DNA from: Vermamoeba vermiformis
Lineage: Eukaryota
Reading direction: 5' to 3'
DNA: 60,046 bases
Assembly (NCBI GenBank): GCA_045837725.1
Contig: JBEWZL010000116.1
Location: 62,001-122,046 of the forward strand
The notes beneath the pieces are model-generated. The model was not told the DNA's origin, searched no databases, and saw nothing but the letters and a program-made list of their open reading frames with translations. The translations under genes and the position numbers were made by a program. The stretch's first letter is position 1. Each line of letters begins with the position of its first letter. This document shows, piece by piece, positions 34,201-47,656 of this stretch.

Positions 34201-37200
34201 ATGGGCAACGGGTCACAAGTAATATTACTGACCTTGAAGAACTTGAAGATCAAGGGCCGAAACGGATGCGGCACTGCAGTTGAGGCCATCTTTCCCTTGC
34301 TCTGCCTTGTATTCTTAATATCTATATTCGTCGTTAGCACTTCGAGCGCTGACAACGATCCAATCTTTGGTCCAATCCCGATCTACTCTGGAGAATCCAC
34401 GCGAGCGATCGCCTACGGACCAAACATCGACTTGGTTCGGAAATTGATGCTACCAGTCGTTGATGGACGAGAAGATCTTCTATATCCTATTGATACCAAT
34501 GAAGAAATGACACAAACGTTAAAGTTCGACTGCGTTCAATCGAGCCGCTGGTAAGTTTTGTTGCTTTTATATAGGCTCCGTATTAATTCGGTACGTTAAT
34601 AGGCGTATTTTTCCGTTTGAGTCCAGAAGATATTGCTGCTGGTGTCTTACCCGATGATGTCACCTACGCCATTAGATTCCTCGGCAAAGACGTTCCTAAT
34701 CCCTTAACTACCATTGACTACACGGCCAATTCCAACAATTCTCCGAACTTACGTTACATATCATTCGTCGCACTGCAACAAAAGATCGATCAAAGCGTCA
34801 TGGCACTCAAGATTTCGGAGAAAACAGGAGTGAGTTCCAGCGTCAGCATGTCCGCATCAGCAACGCGCTTTCCAGTCCAAGAAGGTGAACCAAACTTTGA
34901 CTCGAGATGGCAACAACGCAACTTGATTCTCAAACCTCTTGGTGGTACTTGGCTGACATTCGGTATTCTGTTCTCTGTGTATCGATTGGTCAACACTGTG
35001 TTGGTTGAAAAGAAAACAAAAGTGCGTGACTCGATGAGAATGATGGGCATGCGAGTAAGTTGCACATAATTTCTTTGCTATGGGTACTCATTCTAACGCA
35101 TATTCTTAGAACGAATTCTATTGGTTGACGTGGCTAGTGGTGTCATTGGTCATCATTTTGCCCGCGCTAGTGATTTGCTCGATACTTCTCAAGTTCCTCA
35201 ACTTCTTCCCTCTGACTCCTATTGGTATTATTTTCATCACTTGGTTCCTTTACGCGGCCACTTTGATCGCCGTTGCAATGATTTTCTCGTCATTTTTGAA
35301 CTCCGCAAAGGTGCGGATAGCGTTCTTACTTGCGTTAACTAACTTGTACTAATGGTCATATTCAGAGCTCTGCTATTCTCACCATGTTGACTGTAATTGT
35401 GTTCAGCATCGCAGGAGAACTCGTGGCCATGGCACCAGTCATTCCAGGTGTCAAGATCTTGCTGTCGCTGTTCAGTCCCTTCGCGTTCAACAACATAATC
35501 AATATCCTCGCTGAAGCTGAGAATCTCAGAATAACTATGGATTACGAACACTCAACAGGTACGTTCCGATGAAACTTTAAAGGGTTGATTAACTCATATT
35601 AAATTGACAGTTTCTATCGCTGAATATCTTCCTTCACTATACTCGATGATCGCTATGCTCGTTTGTGATATCGTGCTGTATCTGTTGATCGCCTGGTACA
35701 TTGATAACGTCAAGACAAGTGGCTCGAGGAACCGCGGATGCTTTTGCTTCCGTGCATCTTATTGGGGCAAGCAGCGAAGTGTTGCCACCAACGAAGAAAG
35801 TCTTGAGGATTACGTCGCAACTGAAGGAGATTTCGAGAAAGTTGACGAACTGGGCAATCCAGTTGTGAGAGTCAAAAGACTTCGCAAGACGTTTGACATT
35901 AACGGAAAAACTTTCGTGGCTGTTGACGGCTTCAAGTTGGACCTGTTCGAGAATCAAATTGTTTCCTTATTAGGTAACACTGCAAATACAATACCAAGTA
36001 ACGAGAATCCTGTACTAAGAATCGTTTTGAAGGTCACAACGGAGCAGGCAAAACAACACTGATCTCAATGCTGACTGGCAGTTTCGCACCGACCTCAGGT
36101 GACGCAGAGTTCTACGGCAACAGTCTCACAAAAGATCTGAGTGCGTTGAAGAAGATTGTTGGTATTTGTCCTCAATACGATGCAATCTGGCCTCAACTGA
36201 CAGTTTACGAACACTTGCAACTCTTTGCTGGCTTCAAAGGTACGATCGAATCATCGATTGCCAAATAAGGAAATTGTCTCGTATTAACACGAATACTTAC
36301 CAGGAGTGAAATTCGGAGATATCAAAACAGAAGCAGATCAACTGATCAAAGACTTTGAGCTCGAAGACAAACGCAACTATCCTGCTGGCAAGCTGTCTGG
36401 TGGTCAAAAGAGAAAGCTATCGATTGCCATCGCACTGATTGGAGGATCCAAAGTTGTATTTCTTGATGAACCATCGAGTGGCATGGATCCTGAAGCACGA
36501 AGAACTGTTTGGGACAATTTGACTCGTTACAAAGCTGGTCGTGTCATCATTTTGACGAGTAAGTCGTACTCATTCACAAAAACAGGACTAATCATGACTT
36601 CAGCACATTTCATGGATGAAGCAGATTATCTCGGTGATCGCATTGCCATCATGAGACACGGAAAGCTTCTTTGTGCAGGCTCATCGTTGTTCTTGAAGAA
36701 CAGATTCGGTCTCGGATACACTCTTGGTTGTGTAGTCCACCACTTTGAAAAATCATTTTTACTCACGTTTATTGTTGGTTTCAGGTCAAAGCACCCAAAT
36801 GTCAAGTCGAATCAGTTTCTGAGTTCTTGAATGAACTCTCACCCAATATTCAAATGCTTTCGAATGCAGGTGCTGAGGTCATTTTCAGAGTGCCACGTGA
36901 AAGTTTTGAAGATTTGCCTCAACTCTTGACGGCGATCGAATCCAGCAAAGATGAATTGGGCATCACATCATACGGTGTTGGCCAATCAACACTTGAAGAA
37001 GTATTTTTGGAACTCAACAACGACTCGACACAAGATCAAGGTCTGGACGTCAATCTGAAAGACACAGTGTTCATTCCTGGCTCAAAACGTCCTTCAAAGA
37101 GGCGTCAATTGGAGGCACTGCTCAGAAAGAGATTACGATTCGCTCAACGTGACGGAAAGTTCTTGTTCATTCAGTTCGCAGTGCCCATCATTTTGTGTCT

Positions 37201-39852
37201 CGTTGCTTTCATCGTTCAAACTTTTGTCTTTGCTCCGAACAACGTTGTCGATGCCCAAATAGCATTTGACGGAAAGACTTATGGTATGTTTAAACACATT
37301 ACAATACTTCAAATACGTTCTAATTGCTGTTCTCCACATGTTTTAGACGCGTATCTTTCACCTTGGTCCGACGCCGGGTGTGCAACAAACTTGTTCTCTG
37401 CATTGCCGTTCTACACTTCTGAAAGATTCCCAGAGATTTCGCAGTCAGATCTATCGTCACTGCTTGCCAACATCGACACATTTGCAGCAGGTGCAGTGAT
37501 CAATTCTCAGTGCTCATCAGCTTCGAATGCGTACACTCTCGAGTACTCCTTGATGTACAACGCATCGATACCTCACTCATTGCCTTATCATCAAAATTTG
37601 GTCTCGAATGCATTGCTCAACACGGTGTTGGGAAACTCAAGTCGAGTGTCAATCACCACAATCAATCAACCTGCTGGTACGTTCGACGACACTGCTCGGG
37701 TCAACAGTTTGAACTAATGTTGTTATAGGTGCTGGCATTGACCTCGTAAACAATCTGATCAACATTATCATCTATTTGCTGATTCTTCTCGGTTCAAGTG
37801 TGTTGACAGCATCAGCAGCAGCGTACATCTTCCAAGAACGAGAACTTGGTGTCAAACAATTGCAACTTGCGAGTGGTACGAACGCGAAGATCTATTGGTT
37901 GTCGAACTTCATTTGGGACTTTGTGTTGCACATGATCATCTTCATCGTCATCTTGATCATTGCCAACGCTGTCAGTTGGTCAACATTTGGTGGTGTAAGA
38001 GTTGGTGCCGAGCTCATCTTGATCATCTTCTACAGCTTGTCATCAGTTTGTATTGCTTATTTCTTCTCTTTCGTCTTCTCCGGACCCGGATCTGGCATCG
38101 GATCTCTACTTGGTCTTTTCATCGGTGTTGGCTTTGGCTTCTTAGCCATGGTCAACGCCATATCTGCGGCGGCTAATGATGCCACCGACGCAGTCTCGGC
38201 ATTGGGATACGTGTTCAAAGCCATCAGGTAAACCAAGTGCGTTAATGTCAGCCCAACGCTAACGACCTCTTTTACAGCCCTCATTATTTACTCCTCTCGT
38301 CTTTGGGACAGCTGTCAAATAGCTTCGGAAGTGATCCATTGAACCCTGTTGACGCAAACACGAACATCTTTGGAATGTAAGTTCGCTTGACATTTTTTTA
38401 TGACACTTTGACACCTTCGACTAACTGTCGTTATTTAATAGTAACTTCTGGGGTTCATCTTACATCATATTTGTCGGTCAATCCTTAATCTATGGAGGCT
38501 TCACATTGTTGTTTGAAGAATACACACAACTCCGATTGAAGAGAAACACAAGTGCGAACAACACACTTCGCGATGCTGATGAAGACGATGACGTGGCCAA
38601 AGAACGCGACCTTGTTGATGGCGCTAATGCCACCGACAGAGAGAGCAATTTGGTGTGGGTCAGAGGTCTTCGCAAAGAATTCAATGCGAAGAAAAAGATC
38701 CACAAAGTTGCAGTGCACAACTTCTCACTTCACATTCCTCGTGGTGAGAGCTTCGGTCTCTTGGGTGCAAACGGTGCTGGTATGGTTATTAATGATTACA
38801 AGTACAATAGTGGCACGTGTCTAACCATTGATCGATGATTCATAGGCAAGACAACAACACTGAAAATGTTGTCAGGACAACTTCTTCCATCACGTGGTGA
38901 AGTGAGTATCAACGGCAACACGTACCAACAACTCAATGGCATTCTTCAATCGATTGGCTTCTGTCCTCAATTCGACTCAGTCATTCCAAAACTGAGTGGT
39001 CGTGCTCACTTGGAGTTGTTTGCCGAACTCAGAGGTACGATCGAGATAACTATCACGTGTAACTTTTTTAACTTGTGACTGCACAGGTCTTCCAAAAGAC
39101 AAAGTGCCTTCAATCGTTGACGCACTGATCAAAATGATCAACTTGACAAAGTACGCAGACAGACCTTGTGGCAAGTACAGTGGTGGCAACAAACGCAAAC
39201 TGTCCTTGGCACTTGCTTTAATCGGTGAGCATTACTACTTGGACGAACCATCGACAGGCATGGATCCACTTGCACGCAGATTCATGTGGAACTTGATCAT
39301 GGCAGTGCGCTCGAACAAAGCAGTCATCTTGACAACACACAGCATGGAAGAGTGCGAAGCATTGTGCACTCGTGTGGGCATCATGATCAGTGTAAGTTTT
39401 CGATGAGTTACGTCAAATTCACAAAATAGTTTATTTCCTTATTTGGAAATGTGATTGATTGATCGTAATCACGATGATTTTGATCGTTATTGACACGTGG
39501 TTTATCGATACAGGGAAAACTCCAATGTGTTGGCAGTCCTCAACATTTGAAGACCAAATTTGGCAATGGTTATCGTTTGGAACTCAAGACTGACATGCAA
39601 CACATTGACGACATTCCAAAGTTCATTTCGCAACTTGCCAAAGATGCCAAACTGATCGACAATCACACAACAATGTTCAGTTACGAGATACCGATGCACA
39701 ACTTGACACTTGGCTCGTTGTTGGAACGCGTTGAAAGTGTGAAAAACAAACTTGCCATCAGCGACTATTCAGTGAGTCAAACGAGTTTGGAACATATCTT
39801 CATCACCATGGCTCAAGAATGCGCACAGCCAAAGATCGTTATCGAAAGTTAA
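34201..39852 (+). pseudogene. ABCA: ABCA-subfamily full transporter, copy 1; carries a 5-nt frameshifting deletion in exon 1 and a 65-bp deletion before NBD2 Walker B (pseudogene or assembly lesion)
   Basis: TMD1-NBD1-TMD2-NBD2. [58 protein letters not shown] tails. Exon 1 is 350 nt vs 355 nt in copy 2. Confidence 0.75.
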
Positions 39853-40173
39853 TTCAACCTTTCGCATCATATTTATTTATTAATACTAATTAAAGACATT
39901 ATCGTTGCTACTCGACGATTTGAGGTTTGATTGGTCAATCACGTTTAAATCGCTTGTTACTGTGATTGCGTTTTGAAAATATCTTGATTACAACATTGAT
40001 TTGGAATTCGAAAAAGATTTGATGTTGACACGATGACACGAAACTCCGGTTACCAATTACGCGTCAATTAATATTGAGATGTCGTTACTCAATATCTGAG
40101 AAGGAAATCCTGCCTCGATTAAGCTTGGCAACTGAAACCGAGAAGTTTGGCGTCTTTATTATCAAGTGCGTAT

Positions 40174-40919
40174 TTACATTGAAGCCATAAATAGCGCAGT
40201 TATACTAACAAGTAAGCAAGAGTACCAAGATTTGACTGCCGGAAGGGAGCCCGAAGTTTTTGCTGGCGCGGATGTAGTCGGCGGATTTGGAGAAGGACAA
40301 CTGACTAAATACTGGTAACCACCGTCGATATCATGAACACAAGTCTTGTTATACATCCAATTGCTGGGAGAAACACGATCGCAGGCAATAGATCCGGAAA
40401 AAGTATTTTGGATCACAGATTCACCTGTGCAATTTGAGAACGTCATTGAGGTTCCAATTGTCATATTGGTCTGCGGCATATACGTAGCGCTTGTGACGAT
40501 GCACTTTCCTAATACAGCTAAAACAAAAAGATAGTTATTTCAAAGTTTGGAAGATCGAACTTACCGCCCGTTTCGTAATGAGTGTTTTGGCAATTATTGT
40601 CATCATTCCACGATATCACTGCAAATTCTTCCGTATATCGAGGTTCAACAACAGTTCCGCAGACTTCTTTGGTCCACATTGAAGCGGGGTACATCTGCGA
40701 GCAAGTAGTGTTACACGTAGCGTTGTTCTAAGATTATGTTAATAAATATGCTTTAATACTATACAATAATAGTACCGAAGCCTGTGGATAATATTCATAG
40801 CCAACGTGAAATCCATCGCAATTGGCGTTGTCAAAAAACAATCGCGTCAAAGGCATCGTTGCGCTTGACCAAACGAACGATGTAATAATGATTGCTACTA
40901 ATATGAAGTTGATATTCAT
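40174..40919 (-). CDS. Small secreted Cys-rich surface protein, probable GPI anchor
   Basis: Signal peptide; TRLFFDNANCDGFHVGY shared with the gene at 47657; Pro/Ser/Thr linker and hydrophobic C-terminus; 3 exons. Confidence 0.7.
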
Positions 40920-41251
40920 TCTTGCTACAACTTACAAATAATAAAAAGAAATTGGAATTCGACAAAGATTTTATTTTTTCATTGCGTGTCACATTTCAAT
41001 CACCCCAACTCCGATTCATGACGAATTGATGCCCCAATTTTCGTTTTTTCGCGTTGAAAAGAGTAAATTTTAGAATACAGTGAATCGAACGATAGTCTAT
41101 CAAAACCAAACTTGATCTTCTCCTTCCCGGGAAGTCACACTAGATTTGGTTTTGGTAACGCCTGTAACAACTATAAATAGACCACGTCTTAAATAGGAAA
41201 AGTTTAGAATCTTTACATTCCGATCGGAGACAAGCACCTCTATCGGCGGAA

Positions 41252-44200
41252 TTATTTTTCAATAACGATCTTTGGCTGCGCGCATTCTTGAGCCATGGTG
41301 ATGAAGATCTGTTCCAAACTCGTTTGACTCACTGAATAGTCGCTGATGGCAAGTTTGTTTTTCACACTTTCAACGCGTTCCAACAGCGAGCCAAGTGTCA
41401 AATTGTGCATCGGTATCTCGTAACTGAACATTGTCGTGTGATTGTCGATCAGTTTGGCATCTTTGGCGAGTTGTGAAATGAACTTTGGAATGTCGTCAAT
41501 GTGTTGCATGTCAGTCTTGAGCTCCAAACGATAACCATTGCCAAATTTGGTCTTCAAATGTTGAGGACTGCCAACACATTGGAGTTTTCCCTGTATCGAT
41601 AAACCACGTGTCAATAACGATCAAAATCATTGTGACTGCGATCGGTCAATAACATTTCCAAATAAGGAAATAAACTAGTTTTGATGTAACTCATCAATGA
41701 CTTACACTGATCATGATACCAACACGAGTGCACAATGCTTCACACTCTTCCATGCTGTGCGTTGTCAAGATGACTGCTTTGTTCAAGCGCACTGCCATGA
41801 TCAAGTTCCACATGAATCTGCGTGCAAGTGGATCCATGCCTGTCGATGGTTCGTCCAAGTACAGAACTGGCGGATTACCTGCATATATCGAACGTTAGTT
41901 ATTGTCTTGTGATTGAATATGACTCAGTAATGCTCACCAATTAAAGCAAGTGCCAAGGACAATTTGCGTTTGTTGCCACCACTGTACTTGCCACAAGGTC
42001 TGTCTGCGTACTTTGTCAAGTTGATCATTTTGATCAGTGCGTCAACGATTGAGGGCACTTTGTCTTTTGGAAGACCTGTACAATCACGAGTTAAATAAAG
42101 TAACACGATCAATAACTCTTCATACCTCTGAGTTCAGCAAACAACTCCAAGTGAGCGCGACCACTCAGTTTTGGAATGACTGAATCGAATTGAGGACAGA
42201 AGCCAATCGATTGAAGAATGCCATTGAGTTGTTGGTACGTGTTGCCGTTGATACTCACTTCACCACGTGATGGAAGAAGTTGTCCTGACAACATTTTCAG
42301 CGTTGTTGTCTTGCCTATGAACGCTGATCGTTAGAAACGTCGTACTTCTAATCAATCGTAACTAGTGTAATCACTAGCAACCATACCAGCACCGTTTGCA
42401 CCCAACAAACCGAAACTTTCACCACGAGGAATGTGAAGTGAGAAGTTGTGCACTGCAACTTTGTGGATCTTTTTCTTCGCATTGAACTCTTTGCGAAGAC
42501 CTCTGACCCACACCAAGTTGCTCTCTCTGTCAGTGGCGTTAGCGCCATCAACAATGTCGCGCTCTTTGGCCACGTCGTCGTCTTCATCAGCATCGCGAAG
42601 TGAGTTGTTCGCACTTGTGTTTCGCTTCAATCGGAGTTGTGTGTATTCTTCAAACAATAATGTGAAGCCTCCATAGATTAAGGATTGACCGACAAATATA
42701 ATGTACGAAGCACCCCAGAAGTTACTAGAACGTGTCAGCGACGTGTCAAAAATGTCAAACGAACTTACATTCCGAAGATGTTCGTGTTTGCATCAACAGG
42801 ATTCAACGGATCACTTCCGAAGCCGTTTGACAGCTGTCCCAGAGACGAGAGAAGCAAATAATGAGGGCTATAAAAGAGATCGTTAATAGCTGTTGAGACT
42901 GGGCATCGATCAGCGTACCTGATAACTTTGAAAATGTAACCCAACGCCAAGACCGCTGTTGTCCCATCCGTGGCAGTGGCTCCGATTGCGTTGATTGCTG
43001 CCAAGGCCCCGAATCCTGCACCAACGAAGAGGCCAACAAGCGATCCGATGCCAGCTCCAGGACTAGAGAACACGAAGGAGAAAAAATAAGCAATAGAAAC
43101 TGATGCCAAGCTGTAGAAGATGATCAAGATGAGCTCGGCACCAACTCGTACACCACCAAAGGTTGACCAGCTGACGGCACTAGCTAAGAACATTATGACG
43201 ATGAAGATGATCATGTGCAACACAAAGTCCCAAATGAAGTTCGACAACCAATAGATCTTCGCGTTCGTACCACTCGCAAGTTGCAGTTGTTTGACACCAA
43301 GTTCTCGTTCTTGGAAGATGTACGCTGCTGCTGATGCTGTCAACACACTTGAACCGAGAAGAATCAGCAAATAGATGATAATGTTGATCAGATTGTTTAC
43401 GAGGACGATACCAGCGCCTGCATTAAGACAATTAGTTCACGTGAGTAGGGTGAATTCGTCGAACGTACCAGCAGGTTGATTGATTGTGGTGATTGACACT
43501 CTGCTTGAGTTTCCCAATGCTGTGTTGAGCAATGCATTCGAGATCAAGTTTTGATGATAAGGCAATGAGTGAGGTATCGATGCGTTGTACATCAAGGAGT
43601 ACTCGAGAGTGTACGTATTCGCAGCAGATGAGCACTGAGAATTGATCACTGCACCTGCTGCAAATGTGTCGATGTTGGCAAGCAGTGACGATAGATCTGA
43701 CTGCGAAATCTCTGGGAATCTTTCAGAAGTGTAGAACGGTAGTGCAGAGAACAAGTTTGTTGCGCAACCGGCATCAGACCAAGGTGAAAGATACGAGTCT
43801 AAAATAAGATAGAAGTTAGTCAAGCGACCATAAAAGGAAATAATAAGTATCGGATTACCGTAGGTCGTTCCGTTGAACGCAATCTCGGCGTCGGGATTGT
43901 TCGGAGAAAACACGAAAGTTTGAACGATGAATGCAACGAGACACAAAATGATGGGCACTGCGAACTGAATGAACAAGAACTTGCCGTCACGTTGAGCGAA
44001 CAGCAGTCGTTTTTTGAGAAGTGCATTGAGCTGACGTCTCTTTGAAGGGTGTTTTGAGCCAGGAATGAACACTGTGTCTTTCAGATTGACGTCGAGACCT
44101 TGATCTTGAGTTGAGTCGTTGTTGAGTTCCAAAAATACTTCTTCAAGTGTTGATTGGCCAACACCGTATGATGTGATGCCCAGTTCGTCTTTACTGGATT

Positions 44201-46931
44201 CGATCGCTGTTAAAATCTGCGGCAACCGTTCAAAACTTTCACGTGGCACTCTGAAAATGACTTCAGCACCTGCATTTGAAAGCATTTGAATATTGGGCGA
44301 GAGTTCATTCAAGAACTCAGAAACTGATTCGACTTGACATTTGGGTGCTTTGACCTGAAACCAACAATAACGTGAGTAAATATCATTTTCGAGAGTTAAA
44401 GTGATTGACTTACACAACCAAGAGTGTATCCGAGACCGAATCTGTTCTTCAAGAACAACGATGAGCCGGCACAAAGAAGCTTTCCATGTCTCATGATGGC
44501 AATGCGATCACCGAGATAGTCTGCTTCATCCATGAAATGTGCTGGAGTACCGATTAGTCACTGTATTTGTGAAGCAAATGAGTGCGACTTACTCGTCAAA
44601 ATGATGACACGACCAGCTTTGTAACGAGTCAAATTGTCCCAAACAGTTCTTCGTGCTTCAGGATCCATGCCACTCGATGGTTCGTCAAGGAATACAACCT
44701 TGGATCCTCCAATCAGTGCGATGGCAATCGATAGCTTTCTCTTTTGACCGCCAGACAGCTTGCCAGCAGGATAGTTGCGTTTGTCTTCGAGCTCAAAGTC
44801 TTTGATCAGTTGATCTGCTTCTGCTTTGATATCTCCGAATTTCACTCCTGGTAAGTATTCGTGTTAAAACGACACTATTTCCTTGTTTGGCAATCGATGA
44901 TTCGATCGTACCTTTGAATCCAGCAAAGAGTTGCAAGTGTTCGTAAACTGTCAGTTGAGGCCAGATTGCATCGTATTGAGGACAAACACCAACAATCTTC
45001 TTCAACGCACTCAAATCTTTTGTAAGACTGTTGCCGTAGAACTCTGCGTCACCTGATGTCGGTGCCAAACTGCCAGTCAGCATTGAGATCAGTGTTGTTT
45101 TGCCTGCTCCGTTGTGACCTTCAAAACGATTCTTTAGTAAAGTCTCGCTACTTCGTATTTGCAGTATTACCTAATAAGGAAACAATTTGATTCTCGTACA
45201 AGTCCAACTTGAAGCCATCCACAGCCACGAAAGTTTTTCCGTTGATGTCAAACGTCTTGCGAAGTCTTTTGACTTTCACAACTGGATTGCCCAACTCGTC
45301 AACTTTCTCGAAATCTCCTTCAGTCGGGACGTACTCGTCAAGTCTTTCTTCGTTATTGGTTGAAAAGTTCGTTTGCTTGCCCCAATAAGATTTGCGGAAG
45401 CAAAAACATCCACGGTTCTTTGAGCCACTTGTCTTGACATTGTCAATATACCAAGCAATCAACAGATAAAGCACCAAGTCGCAAACGAGCATTGAGATCA
45501 TTGCGTGCAATGAAGGAAGCCATTCGGTAATAGATACTACGGAGATTATTAGAATGGACGAAACGCGTTTTGATCGTACCTGTTGAGTGTTCATAATCCA
45601 TGGTGATTCTGAGATTCTCAGCTTCAGCGAGGATATTGATAATGTTGTTGAACGCGAAGGGACTGAATAGCGACAATAAGATCTTGACACCTGGAATGAC
45701 AGGTGCCATGGCCACGAGTTCTCCTGCGATGCTGAAGATGATTAGAGTCAACATAGCGAGAATACCGGAGCTCTAAATTAACCAGGATTAGTACGTTGAG
45801 TTTTACGACAAATATTGCGTACCTTCGCAGAGTTTAAGAACGACGACAAGATCATCGCAAATGCGATCAACGTGGCAGCGTAGAGGAACCAACTAATGAA
45901 CGAGATGCCAATAGGAGTCAGAGGGAAGAAGTTGAAGAGCTTGAGAACCACGGAGCACGCAACTAACGCTGGCAAAATGATGACCAATGACACCACGAAC
46001 CAAGTCAACCAATAGAATTCGTTCTAAGAATAGGCATTAGAATGAGCTCAGGGAAAAAATTATGTGCAACTTACTCGCATGCCCATCATTCTCATCGAGT
46101 CACGCACTTTTGTTTTCTTTTCGACCAACACAGTGTTGACCAATCGGTACACAGAGAACAGAATACCGAATGTCAGCCAAGTACCACCAAGAGGTTTAAG
46201 AATCAAGTTGCGTTGTTGCCATCTCGAGTCAAAGTTTGGTTCACCTTCTTGGATTGGAAAGCGCGTTGCTGATGCGGACATGCTGACGCTGGAACTCACT
46301 CCTGTTTTCTCCGAAATTTTGAGTGCCATGATGCTTTGATCGATCTTTTGTTGAAGTGCGACGAATGAGATGTATATTAAGTTGGGAGATTTGTTCGCGT
46401 TGGCCGTGTAGTCAATTAGCTTCGTCGGATCTGTAATGTTTTGACCAAGGATGCGAATAGCGTACGTAATGTCATCGGATAAGGCGCCAGTAGCTATCTC
46501 CTCCGGATTTAACCGGAAAAATACACCTATAATGGATAATTAGATTTGAGACCGTAGTAAAAGACTTTTAGCTTACCAGCAGCCAAGTTCAATGCTCCCG
46601 AACTTGTGATCAATGTGCGAGTCATTTCTTCATTCGTATCAATAGGATATAGAAGATCTTCTCGTCCATCAACGACCGGTAGCATAATATTACGAACCAA
46701 GTCGATGTTTGGTCCGTACGCGATCGCTTTTGTAGGATCTGGCCGAGAGATCGGGATTGGACCAAAGATCGGATCATCGTCTGCACCTGATGTACTAACA
46801 ATAAATATAGTCATTAAGAAGATTAGACAGATCAGGGGAAAGATGGCTTCCATCGCAGTGCCGCATCTGTTTCGGCCCTTGATCTTCAAGTTCTTCAAGG
46901 TCAGTAATAATACTTGTGACCCGTTGCCCAT
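41252..46931 (-). CDS. ABCA: ABCA-subfamily full transporter, copy 2 (no lesion found in the junctions checked)
   Basis: Same domain motifs and intron positions as copy 1. Exon 1 phase matches exon 2; canonical [13 protein letters not shown] before NBD2 Walker B. Confidence 0.9.
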
Positions 46932-47656
46932 GTTATTGTTACGTAATGATATAATTAAGATAATAAGATTTGCGTTGGGTTTAAATAGTTGCAAAAGTAA
47001 GAACAAATGTCCGCGGAACAACAAATTTCCTGCAGGAGTTTTTTAAAATTATTGCCCGCATCAACAGACATCTTACCATATTTGGGAACTAGTGCGCGAC
47101 AAGGCTTAGAAATTCGGGTAATAATTGTCCCGGAGCGGTTTGTTGCAATTTCAAGTTTTTGTTGTAGGATCCTACGAACACAAGCTTGTGTTGTTAGTAT
47201 TAACATAAATAAGAAACAAATACTAAAATTAATACTAGTTATGTAATAATTACCTACTAATTATGTCGACTCTGGAACTTGCGGCCGCAAGGCCTTAGTG
47301 CGGATCCCTTCAACAGTCGTTAGACGCGCAACGTCAAAATAGAGAAATTTCAAACCATGTAAATATCTTTAATATATTATTATTAATATAATAACTTGTT
47401 ACTTACGAATCAATATCGCTGGGCCAATTTTTTTTTTGCGAGCTGTCAAACGAGACCAAAAGTTACTTTGTTTCGTCACTTGTTTTATCTCCAAACAGAT
47501 TCTCTTCCTAAAATAGATCTTTTTGGCCAGATTCTTGCACACTTTGGCCAACGCTGTGAATCTGGTGCATAATGTCACTAATAGAGAGAATTTGTCCGAA
47601 TAAATAATTTGACGATTTGGTCATTGTTCAATTACAGACTACAAACAATACATACC

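Larger units (their letters stand above)
34201..46931. repeat. Large inverted duplication: arms ~34.2-39.85 kb and ~41.25-46.93 kb, 1.4-kb unique spacer
   Basis: ORF pairs are near-identical on opposite strands (e.g. 39490-39852 vs 41252-41614; 36306 vs 44845); some introns are also nearly identical. Confidence 0.95.

Noticed and set aside
34201-46931. Giant transposon with long terminal inverted repeats
   Set aside because: Arms are intron-containing ABCA genes, similarity ends at the CDS limits, and there is no transposase or TSD.
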